Shown: positions 50,116 through 58,109 of the stretch, in pieces
Position numbering within the stretch: position 1 is the stretch's first letter
Layout of the letters: each line of letters opens with the position of its first letter
Source: Hyphomicrobiales bacterium
Lineage (GTDB): Bacteria > Pseudomonadota > Alphaproteobacteria > Rhizobiales > NORP267
DNA length: 64,000 nt
Reading direction: 5' to 3'
Assembly: GCA_021775875.1 (NCBI GenBank)
Contig: JAJFHA010000002.1
Location: 230,228-294,227 of the forward strand
Program-made: the position numbers and the translations under genes
The notes under the pieces: generated by a model
Database searches by the model: none
What the model was told of the DNA's origin: nothing
The model's input: the letters and a program-made list of their open reading frames with translations, nothing else

Positions 50116-50133
50116 AACATTTCAATGACTTAG
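50070..50133 (+). repeat. attL-side direct repeat (tRNA-Lys anticodon loop to 18 nt past CCA)
   Basis: Aligns with 62662-62725 at 57/64 positions by my hand alignment, including the perfect blocks tccggggttcga and cccccgcgcgcctaccaaa. Confidence 0.8.
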
Positions 50134-50950
50134 CGGGTTATTGGCAATATTTCCGCTGAAATTTTCCACATGTGCTACGTCTATGCTACATGTCAAACTC
50201 CAATCCCCATTCTAGAATTTAGGGCGATTGGCGGTTTCATTGGTTCTTGCCATTAGTCGGATTCAACGAAACCTTCGAGGTGTGGTCTGTCGTTAACCGG
50301 GTTTCTTCTAATTAGGTTAGTTCTCTATTACCATCTCGAAGGGGGCGGCATTGATATCCCCATCATAATCGCGCCCCTTCATAAATAACGCCCCGTGCAG
50401 TACTGACAGTTCCCTACTGACAGTTCCCTACTACATCAACCATACGCCATGCGCACTAGTTATCTAACAGTACGCACTGGTAACCTCACGCGCGTATTCT
50501 TCCAGAATAAGAGACACCATTCTATCACTGTGTCACTCTTATAAATTCACCCCCCATTCCACCATTGCACCACCATAGAATAGATAGTCCTTCATAGATT
50601 GAACCCCATGCTTTCCCCTACCAACTAAACCGCACCCACGTTTTCCGGCTTGGACTTATCCCTGCGGGATCGTCCCGCCTACGTGGGCAATCACCACTTG
50701 CCTTTGGGCCAGCCGCCCGGCCACGCTCAAGCGCCCCCATCATAAAATGATATCGCTCTTATCGTAGCCCCGCGCTCGTTCTGTATGGGCACCCTTGTCG
50801 CGCGCCACCCCTATGGCTTTCAATCGCTCAATGGGTCCCATCTTTTACCCGCCGACCCCGACCCCGCGCTCGTACTAATACAAGCGTGCGGGGGTGCGTG
50901 GGTGAGCTTCCGGTTTCGCCAATAAAAAATTTGGAAGGAAAAAATTAGAA

Positions 50951-51283
50951 TTGCACCTGCCCATGAATTTCGAACACGGCAGCTTATATCCTGCACGCCA
51001 TCAATGGTGGCTAGTCAATTTACATATTCATTTGCTGCAAAGATCAGCGATCTCCTGTTTTCAGAAAGATAAGTATGGGCAAAAAAATCCTCTCATAAGG
51101 CGGGGAGACATTGAGGTAAAATTTAAACTCGTTCGCCTTGGTTTAAAAAATGAGTGCCTGGGCCTTCGGTATCTCGACGGTCACCTGGACTTGCCACGGT
51201 TTAGTTCCGCGTCCTTGAATGGAATAATTGCCATAAAGAAGAAAAATTATGTTGAGCAAACGCGGCGACGAATTTCATCATAA
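50951..51283 (+). CDS. Hypothetical ORF in the AT-rich island leader region (doubtful)
   Basis: 110 codons from a TTG, with GGAAGGA 11 nt upstream. No recognisable motif; composition is consistent with a random ORF in AT-rich DNA. Confidence 0.2.
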   Translation: MHLPMNFEHGSLYPARHQWWLVNLHIHLLQRSAISCFQKDKYGQKNPLIRRGDIEVKFKLVRLGLKNECLGLRYLDGHLDLPRFSSASLNGIIAIKKKNYVEQTRRRISS

Positions 51284-51887
51284 TCTTCTCATTGTTCCTG
51301 GGTAATTATGGCAGATAATAGTCCGCGAAATAATAGTCTGCGATGATCAATCTGTGAACAAACAAAATCAAATGGCAAACGATCACAAGGCTCGATATTT
51401 GCTACGTGCTCGCCGATTGCAGACGATCTTTCGTGCTTTGTCCATCACCAATTGCACTTAAAACGCCCATAGCGGACTCTCTAGGGTTGTTTGCAACATT
51501 GCTGCTTCCATCATGGTGCAATGACAATATCGCTCTTGTCAGCCTTCTGTGGCGCTCTGTCGCTTTGCTGCTATTTTGGCATTGTGGTCGGCAAAACAAT
51601 CTGAGCGAACCAAATCTTTGACCAAGAAACTGAATCCGATTGGCTAAAATTTGCTTTAGAGCTCAGTTGCTAGGCGTGTAAAAATTGAATTTGTTCGTCG
51701 CCGCGCAAAATTTATGCCCATCATTGAGGGGTGTTTCAGACGAAATTCTAAAATCAATCTGTGTCTGAAAATTACCAGAATAGGCCATTGCAGAAATTTC
51801 TGCTCTCTGCCCTGAGCTGCCGTTTGGCAGTTCCGCATATTTCAGAATGAAAATCAGCAAAGCGAACATTTATCGAATTTAAATGTT

Positions 51888-51915
51888 AATTGCCTTCACC
51901 ACCAGGTGGGCAATT
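51888..51915 (-). terminator. Possible terminator hairpin at the end of the three-gene island operon
   Basis: AATTGCC-N14-GGCAATT with an inner CACC/GGTG pairing, overlapping the stop codon of the 336-aa gene. The downstream tract is A/U-rich but not a clean U run. Confidence 0.3.
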
Positions 51916-52924
51916 ATTCGGCAGCAGAAACGCCAAGGTTTGGAATATCTCTAAACAAAAACGTATCGCGGGCACCAATGGAATACTTGTTAGGATAGTG
52001 CTGTTTTGGCGTCGAAGTGATAACTCTGATTTCGGGTCGCTCTTTTGCAAATAACCAACAACCAACTGTCTGCATTTTGCTTCCGAGAGGGGCGACTATA
52101 AAATTGAACCGGTAGCGGTTGTAGTTATTCTCATATTGAGCGCACAAAAAGTTGTAAGTCGCACGCCAATCAAGAGTCTCGACGTCATAAACAATGCTAT
52201 CGGACAACAGATCAAAATTTGGTATATCAACTGAATCACCGCGCCATTTTAAGTCATCGCGAACGGGTTGCCCTCGTACTAGAACTCTCACATTTGTTTC
52301 GAGCGCCTGTAAAATCGCACTTAATCTCCCTCTTTTGAACGGCAGGAACGTAATTAAAAAGAGCGGGTAATTGGGGAGCATCTGACCTTTCAGATCATCA
52401 AATTCTTCAATTTCACAATGGGATGAATGCAGTACTTTACTATTTTCAAATTCATTCATCTTTACGAAGGCCTTTTGGAGATCTTCCTCGTTCGCGATTT
52501 CTTCGAAGTCCCCAAAAGTTGGATAATACTCTTCTGCTTCTGTATACAGTAAGTCGAATTCCAAGCCAGAATCATAAAGGGTTGAGAGGACGTTCATCAT
52601 GATAGTTCTTGAACAACCTGTGATGTCAAAAATGACCAGATCTGACCCAGGAACGAGCGACTTGAGGAATTCCCTAAACCTGCTGAGCTCTGTTGTCATG
52701 AATTCTTGATATCCGTTTGGAGGACAAAGGCCACCTGAAAGCTGTTTGATAATTTTCCAGTTTTTTTCGTTCTCTGACCCGTCAAACTTAAGTAGGACAC
52801 AGTTCTTTGCGGGAACGCCGAGGTCATTCAATTTTTGCGCGGAGGTGATAGCCCTGTCTTCAAATCCGGCACAAAATATGAAGGTGATGTGCCGTGCTTC
52901 GTGTGTTAAGATCTCAAGCTTCAT
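51914..52924 (-). CDS. Island operon gene 3: 336-aa protein of unknown function with two Rossmann-like halves
   Basis: The ATG overlaps the upstream stop (ATGA). Strand-loop elements ITFIFCAGFEDRA / LVIFDITGCSRTIMMNVLSTL in the first half and LFLITFLPFKRGR / NFIVAPLGSKMQTVGCWLFA in the second. No catalytic motif recognised. Confidence 0.7.
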   Translation of the reverse strand: MKLEILTHEARHITFIFCAGFEDRAITSAQKLNDLGVPAKNCVLLKFDGSENEKNWKIIKQLSGGLCPPNGYQEFMTTELSRFREFLKSLVPGSDLVIFDITGCSRTIMMNVLSTLYDSGLEFDLLYTEAEEYYPTFGDFEEIANEEDLQKAFVKMNEFENSKVLHSSHCEIEEFDDLKGQMLPNYPLFLITFLPFKRGRLSAILQALETNVRVLVRGQPVRDDLKWRGDSVDIPNFDLLSDSIVYDVETLDWRATYNFLCAQYENNYNRYRFNFIVAPLGSKMQTVGCWLFAKERPEIRVITSTPKQHYPNKYSIGARDTFLFRDIPNLGVSAAE

Positions 52925-55491
52925 TGATCAACGGTCTGCGCAAGTTGATCAATGAAGCTTGACTGATCACTTGGCCCAACGCCACCCTCTGCAACACGGG
53001 TCCTGAGAAATTTATCTGGCTCAACAACAAATGCTTCAAAGCTCTTGGCAGTCATCGGTAACGTGTTCGCGCTGTTATATGTAGTTGGAAATGCCGGGGT
53101 AAAGATTTTTCGAAACCACAGTTTTCGTGCGGGACTGCCTTTGCCAGAATTACTGAAGCCTCCATCAATGAATACGCCACTTTGTAGCAACTCAACGATC
53201 GCTTCAGAAGTGCCATTGGAAATATCATCCATCTCAATTTCAATCTTCAGGTACTCTTTTGGCTTGTCTCGCTTCTGTTTACCAGGTCGACGCTCAAGTA
53301 ACTTAAATCTAGAAAATTTTCCGAAGATTAGTGCTATTTGATACAAATCTACACCGCCCGAAGTCGTTGCATCTCGGAGCCTGTAGAGCTCTCGCCAGGC
53401 GTACTGTCTGATTACTCTGTGTTGGGTGTTTACGGAGATTTGGCCTTCATTTGACAAACGCAGCATTTGCCCAAGCATGTCGATCAAGTAGCTGATATCG
53501 CCAGAGCATAGCTTCATCACGGTGTTTCTGCCACAATATCGGAAATGTCTTGCATTCTGCTTTTCACTCAACTCTCTGAGTCTCTCTGCAATAGGACCGC
53601 CATTATCCTCGCCAAGCAATTCTTTGAGATCGCGCCCTTTGTAGCTTTTTGAAAATGCGAACCTCCGCGCGAAAATGTCATCAACAAAATCAGTAACAGT
53701 TTCCTCTGAACTGCTCAGTGCTATAGCTTCGAGGTATGACCTGCCGAGGTTAATCTCTCTAAATTCTCGGTTTAGTTTGTAGTGATTTCCCCGCAAGTCC
53801 TCTGTTACTACGCTTTCGCTGTGTGCGCTTACGCGAAAACTATAATTCCCGCCCGAATTCCAGATCAGTGGTAAGAGTGTTCTTTGGACTTTAACAGGGA
53901 CCTTTGGGCTCGAGAAATCATCCAACAGGAAAACGATGTTCTTCCTTTCGAACAAATTAGAAAGTGCGTGCAGTTTCGCGACGAGCCCGGTGAAAAAATT
54001 CGAATTGAGTAGAGATCCAGAAGGAGGCTCCGATATTTGGTTTAGAACCAATATGTTTTGTTGTCGCTTAACTTGTGTAGCCAAAGCTGAGATTCCGCCT
54101 GATCGGACCAACCCCAGGCTGGTGGATACATAGTCACAAAGTTCCCACTCAGAGATTGGATCTAAGTTCCAAATATTGCGAACCTGCCCGTATTCGATCG
54201 CGTGGAGAACTTCTGTTACGAAAAGCAGGATAAAGTAATAAACAGTTAGTTCTTCAGATTGGGCCCAAGGTGGGAGCTTCTTCAGCGAACAATGGTTGCC
54301 GATGTCGATCCGCGCTGAAACAAAGAATGCAAGATATTCATCCCTGTTAAAGCGACTTTGTATGGAGCCCAATTTTTCGCCATCGAAGTGCGGTAATATC
54401 CTTGTGCTAAGCCTCATGCTACGAAGAATTATCGTTTTTCCGCAGCCTCTTGGGCCCGTGATCAGCGTCCCCTGGGACTCTGGGCTTGCGATGCTGCCTA
54501 TCCACGGAATTGACCCAGAAAAAAGATAGTTGATGTAACCATCATTCGGAAAATCGTTTGCGTTTAAGTAACCAAATGGATCGTCAAGTTCTACAACTTC
54601 GTTGTTTGCTAGCAACAACCTGCTTTCGAACAAGGATGTTAATTCTGCCATGAGCGTAGTTGCCGTGTCGATGCTACGGGCTTGGTTTTCATCAAAAAGC
54701 CTGGACACCAGAGTAGAAACACCATCCAGTATAAATTGCTCTTCACGTGTCGACTGCGGGCCCTCTGCAAGAGCTACTATTTTTAACTCATTCATGTGAG
54801 ATGCCAAGAATTGCAGATCGCTTAGTCGGTCTTCGTGCTTCTCTCCACGAAAAACAGCAGAACCGATATCGACAATTTTACAGATATAGGGGCTGCTAAT
54901 TTTCCGAGTTCTTATCTCCGTCGGATCAAGTTGTCGTACTAAAATGTTGTCCGAATTCAAGTCGTTGTGCCACAAGTTCTTGTCTTCAAACCGTTCTAAT
55001 CCCGCCGTAACATCGAAAATTACGCTAATGATTTCACTTGCTGTTTGTGGTTTGTTTTTGATAAACTCCGTCAGTGTAATTCCTTCTACCCATTCCATAA
55101 CTATAAAGTAGAAGTTCAATTCTTCTTCGAGTAATTTTAACGAAATGGAACCCGCGTCCTCCAGAGTCGCAATGTGAGGATGTTGACCTAATTTGTGATA
55201 TCGAGAAATTTCCGATTCGAATGATTTATCTACCTGTTCGTACAATCGAACGGGTACCAATTTCAGCGCAAACGATTTGCCAATGCGATTTATCGCTCGG
55301 AATACTGCGCCATAGTGACCCCGGTCGACACTTTTTTTGAGGGTATATATATCGACAGTTTGCCCCTCTAACAGAGGGCCAATGTCCAAGGGCTTTCCAC
55401 ACTCAGGACAAGTATCTTTTTGGGATTTTGATGTGCCCTTCGCGCAAAAAAAGCAGGGATAGTTTCTTTCTGACGGTCGTTGAATTGCCAC
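52921..55491 (-). CDS. Island operon gene 2: Zn-ribbon + Hanks-type Ser/Thr protein-kinase-like domain + P-loop NTPase fusion (856 aa)
   Basis: GTG start 3 nt after the upstream stop (TAA-CCA-GTG). C13/C16/C28/C31 ribbon. Kinase motifs RGHYGAV, FALK(77)LV, VMEWVEG, WHND(177)LNSDN(182)ILV, KIVD(208)IG. Walker A GPRGCGK(352)T and Walker B IVFLLDD(524-525). About 330-aa helical C-terminal region. Confidence 0.8.
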   Translation of the reverse strand: MAIQRPSERNYPCFFCAKGTSKSQKDTCPECGKPLDIGPLLEGQTVDIYTLKKSVDRGHYGAVFRAINRIGKSFALKLVPVRLYEQVDKSFESEISRYHKLGQHPHIATLEDAGSISLKLLEEELNFYFIVMEWVEGITLTEFIKNKPQTASEIISVIFDVTAGLERFEDKNLWHNDLNSDNILVRQLDPTEIRTRKISSPYICKIVDIGSAVFRGEKHEDRLSDLQFLASHMNELKIVALAEGPQSTREEQFILDGVSTLVSRLFDENQARSIDTATTLMAELTSLFESRLLLANNEVVELDDPFGYLNANDFPNDGYINYLFSGSIPWIGSIASPESQGTLITGPRGCGKTIILRSMRLSTRILPHFDGEKLGSIQSRFNRDEYLAFFVSARIDIGNHCSLKKLPPWAQSEELTVYYFILLFVTEVLHAIEYGQVRNIWNLDPISEWELCDYVSTSLGLVRSGGISALATQVKRQQNILVLNQISEPPSGSLLNSNFFTGLVAKLHALSNLFERKNIVFLLDDFSSPKVPVKVQRTLLPLIWNSGGNYSFRVSAHSESVVTEDLRGNHYKLNREFREINLGRSYLEAIALSSSEETVTDFVDDIFARRFAFSKSYKGRDLKELLGEDNGGPIAERLRELSEKQNARHFRYCGRNTVMKLCSGDISYLIDMLGQMLRLSNEGQISVNTQHRVIRQYAWRELYRLRDATTSGGVDLYQIALIFGKFSRFKLLERRPGKQKRDKPKEYLKIEIEMDDISNGTSEAIVELLQSGVFIDGGFSNSGKGSPARKLWFRKIFTPAFPTTYNSANTLPMTAKSFEAFVVEPDKFLRTRVAEGGVGPSDQSSFIDQLAQTVDQ

Positions 55492-55494
55492 TGG

Positions 55495-56694
55495 TTATTT
55501 TTCTTTTCTTAAGTTCATTCTTTCATTTCTTACGTATATTAAATTAATAATATTTTCTCTGTTCCATGACTTGTACTCTATCTGCCGCCTAGAACGCGGC
55601 ACGATCCATCGCTGCTTTGCTAAGGCACTTACCTCAGAAACTGAAAGTAATTTCGAAAGGTCCGGCGTACCTTCGCCGGTTCTCAGAATCTGGAAAGAAT
55701 TTGCTGCTAATTTTCCTAAGAATACTTGTCTCTTGATTCCATGATGCAATAAATTTTGCTGAAGGCCAAGAGCTTTGAATGCCGCTCTTATCGTACGCAG
55801 CCTCCAGTTCGGCCCTTGTCCGAAATCATTTTGGTTCACATATGGATGTTCTTGTTGGCGCAGATAATCGCGCAGTTCTTCGAAGAGTGCGTCGGGAATA
55901 TGAAAGTGACCCCACCCCTTTGTGTAACCGATCGGTTCTAAATATTTTTTTCCCCCAAGGTTCAACCTGTTGTAAACTGATGAACGCCCCATTGACGAAC
56001 TTGTGGTGATAGCAAGCAAACGCGCCGCTTTCTGTTTGCCCGAAATAATCCCCACAGTCTCGCCATATTTCCTTTGGAAGTCGTCATATACATCCCGTGT
56101 TTGAATAAGGCATGCGATCGCTTTGCCAACAAGCAGATGGTTGTACGGTGGCAGAGCACCAAGCACATATGCATCAAGGATATTGCAAAGTCGCGCTGAT
56201 CGGTCAGACGCATCCCAGTTTATCAACTGATCTCGCACATTCAGGTTAAAAACAGGATCTCCAAGCGCTATAATACCCGCTAGCTTTTCGTGGTACTTGT
56301 CCCAGACGAGATAGCGCATTCTTCGTCCAAATCCACTAGATACGGGCACAGACCAAGTCAGGCTTGCTAATCGAAAAAGCCGGGCCTCAAAGGTGTTCGA
56401 CTTGACTTGGATTAAGGATAGCTCAATGTCCTCGGGCGATAGTTCAGACCCATTGGCCACCACAGCTTCAAATTCAGAGTAACCCAGCGCAATCAATCGT
56501 TCGCTTGACGCAATTTTATCCGCGCGGTGCACTGAGTGCAACTTCCTGATAGTTGTCTTGTCACCAGTAGGTGGTGAAAGCAGGCCGCCCTCACCTTTGA
56601 TGAACCCAAGCGAACTAAAGTGTGAACGCAATTTTCGTTTCAGTTGTGCCTCTAAGCTTAAAACTGGAATAGAGCCATTTCGGGAAACAGTCAT
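55495..56694 (-). CDS. Island operon gene 1: DUF4338-like (Druantia DruA-like) protein
   Basis: Core GFGRRMRYLVWD...LAGIIALGDPVFNLNVRDQLINW...RLCNILDAYVLGALPPYNHLLVGK...LLAITTSSSMGRSSVYNRLNL...IGYTKGWG follows the DUF4338 pattern as I recall it (G..[LM]RYLV ... RD..I.W ... RL ... T.S..G.S.Y.R.N ... G.T.G.G). Start placed at Met79 (MTVSR). The listed ORF extends to 56928 but would then overlap the divergent gene. Confidence 0.65.
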   Translation of the reverse strand: MTVSRNGSIPVLSLEAQLKRKLRSHFSSLGFIKGEGGLLSPPTGDKTTIRKLHSVHRADKIASSERLIALGYSEFEAVVANGSELSPEDIELSLIQVKSNTFEARLFRLASLTWSVPVSSGFGRRMRYLVWDKYHEKLAGIIALGDPVFNLNVRDQLINWDASDRSARLCNILDAYVLGALPPYNHLLVGKAIACLIQTRDVYDDFQRKYGETVGIISGKQKAARLLAITTSSSMGRSSVYNRLNLGGKKYLEPIGYTKGWGHFHIPDALFEELRDYLRQQEHPYVNQNDFGQGPNWRLRTIRAAFKALGLQQNLLHHGIKRQVFLGKLAANSFQILRTGEGTPDLSKLLSVSEVSALAKQRWIVPRSRRQIEYKSWNRENIINLIYVRNERMNLRKEK

Positions 56695-56718
56695 CTTTAA
56701 GATTTTACCCTCAAATAT

Positions 56719-56747
56719 TTGGCACATATACCTGCTCAGGCTATACT
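56719..56747 (+). promoter_or_regulatory. Candidate sigma70-type promoter for the divergent oxidoreductase-GAF pair
   Basis: TTGGCA (56719-56724), 17-nt spacer, TATACT (56742-56747), inside the about 85-bp divergent intergenic region. Confidence 0.35.
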
Positions 56748-56778
56748 GAACTAAACGGAGAGGACATCCAAGAAAACA

Positions 56779-58095
56779 ATGGAACCAAATCGTTCGAGCC
56801 GAGCCATTAGTATCGAAGATAGTTTCAGTTTGTGCGATGGAATATCTGTCCTCGGCTGCTTGCAGTCCGGCGTTACAGTTTATAATCAACAGGTTAGAGC
56901 TCATAATTTGCTGTGGTCCATAAAGCAAATTGTAGATGATGGCGGGGCCGAACCAAATAGCATCGCCATTGTAGGCGGTGGGATTGGGGGGCTCACAGCC
57001 GCAGCTTGCGCACTTGCTCTCTTTTCTAAAATTGAAATCTCACTTTTTGAGAAGCAGTGGGAACTTTGCCCTCTTCAACTAGGTTCCGACAATCGTTGGC
57101 TTCACCCCAGAATTTATGATTGGCCAGATCCGGGAAGCCGAGCTCCGAGTGCATCTCTCCCGCTTTTAAATTGGACCGAAGGAAGAGCCTCCGATGTGGC
57201 GCGGCAGATTATCAGTGGTTTTGCCCAATCGACAGCGGCCACTTCTGGCACACTCAGTATGCATTTGGGAGTGAGGCATCTAAAAATAAATTCTGCAAGC
57301 CGGATGATCGAATGGATGGGCAACCGAGCTGTCCTTGATGGTGGATTTCTTAAGTTTGAAGAACCTGCCGGTAACTCGAAGAAGTTTGACAGAATAATAC
57401 TGGCGACGGGTTTTGGGCTAGAGTGCACCTCGGAAATCTCAGAAGCAGGGTCGTATTGGCAAAATGAACGACTTGGTCAGCCAGCATTCGACGGCCAACG
57501 CCAAACCTATCTGATATCGGGATATGGCGATGGAGCATTGGTTGATCTTTGCCGGCTTGTGATATCCAGATTTAGGCAAGATTCTATAGTTTATGAATTA
57601 TTTCCGAACGATATCGAAACGATGGAAGTCAAACTACTCAAACTCAAGCATGATATTATCTCGAACCCGAAGCAGGCGTTTGACTTGCTGGAGGACGCAT
57701 TTGACGGACCTCTAGCCGATGTTCCAAAATTATTCCAGCAAAGATTCCGAAACGATACTCGCGTGGTAATGCACCTTTCGGGCAAAACCTCTAACCCAAA
57801 GAGGTCAATTGCAGATTTGTTCTCTGGAGATGCATCTTTCTTGAATAAACTAGCCTTGTTTGCGCTCTATAAATCTGGTGGCTTCATACCATATTTTGGT
57901 AGTATTGATAATGCAGTAAATGAATATGGCATCGCTAAAGGACGTGTTCTAATTAGACACGGAACACAACCAACCGACGTTCTTCGGGGATTGTTTACTG
58001 ATGAAGCTGCAATCGATAAGGGAGTTTGCAGGCTTAGAGCAAAGCCAGTACAAACACCGGAGCGTTGTTGGGTACCTGGCATTTTTCCAACATAA
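56779..58095 (+). CDS. FAD/NAD(P)-binding oxidoreductase-like protein (two dinucleotide-binding motifs)
   Basis: 438 aa. N-terminal Rossmann fingerprint IAIVGGGIGGLTAAACALAL...EISLFEK, ATG-type motif DRIILATGFG, and a second GxGxxA motif YLISGYGDGALVDL. The start codon is uncertain. Confidence 0.65.
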   Translation: MEPNRSSRAISIEDSFSLCDGISVLGCLQSGVTVYNQQVRAHNLLWSIKQIVDDGGAEPNSIAIVGGGIGGLTAAACALALFSKIEISLFEKQWELCPLQLGSDNRWLHPRIYDWPDPGSRAPSASLPLLNWTEGRASDVARQIISGFAQSTAATSGTLSMHLGVRHLKINSASRMIEWMGNRAVLDGGFLKFEEPAGNSKKFDRIILATGFGLECTSEISEAGSYWQNERLGQPAFDGQRQTYLISGYGDGALVDLCRLVISRFRQDSIVYELFPNDIETMEVKLLKLKHDIISNPKQAFDLLEDAFDGPLADVPKLFQQRFRNDTRVVMHLSGKTSNPKRSIADLFSGDASFLNKLALFALYKSGGFIPYFGSIDNAVNEYGIAKGRVLIRHGTQPTDVLRGLFTDEAAIDKGVCRLRAKPVQTPERCWVPGIFPT

Positions 58096-58109
58096 ATTTT
58101 GAGGTCGAT

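Noticed and set aside
51656-51869. 60-68-aa minus-strand ORFs just downstream of the three-gene operon, considered as a fourth operon gene or toxin
   Set aside because: No SD sequence, two overlapping frames of similar length in AT-rich DNA, and no motif. They cannot be distinguished from chance, and the region is kept inside the ORF-poor-region finding instead.
56695-56928. N-terminal 78-codon extension of the DUF4338-like ORF, and the analogous extensions at 30508-30615, 37801-37938, 12914-13021 and 33131-33172
   Set aside because: The extensions overlap neighbouring genes or divergent starts and lack RBSs, and internal Mets have better SD context. The exact start of the DUF4338-like gene (56694 versus 56727) remains uncertain.
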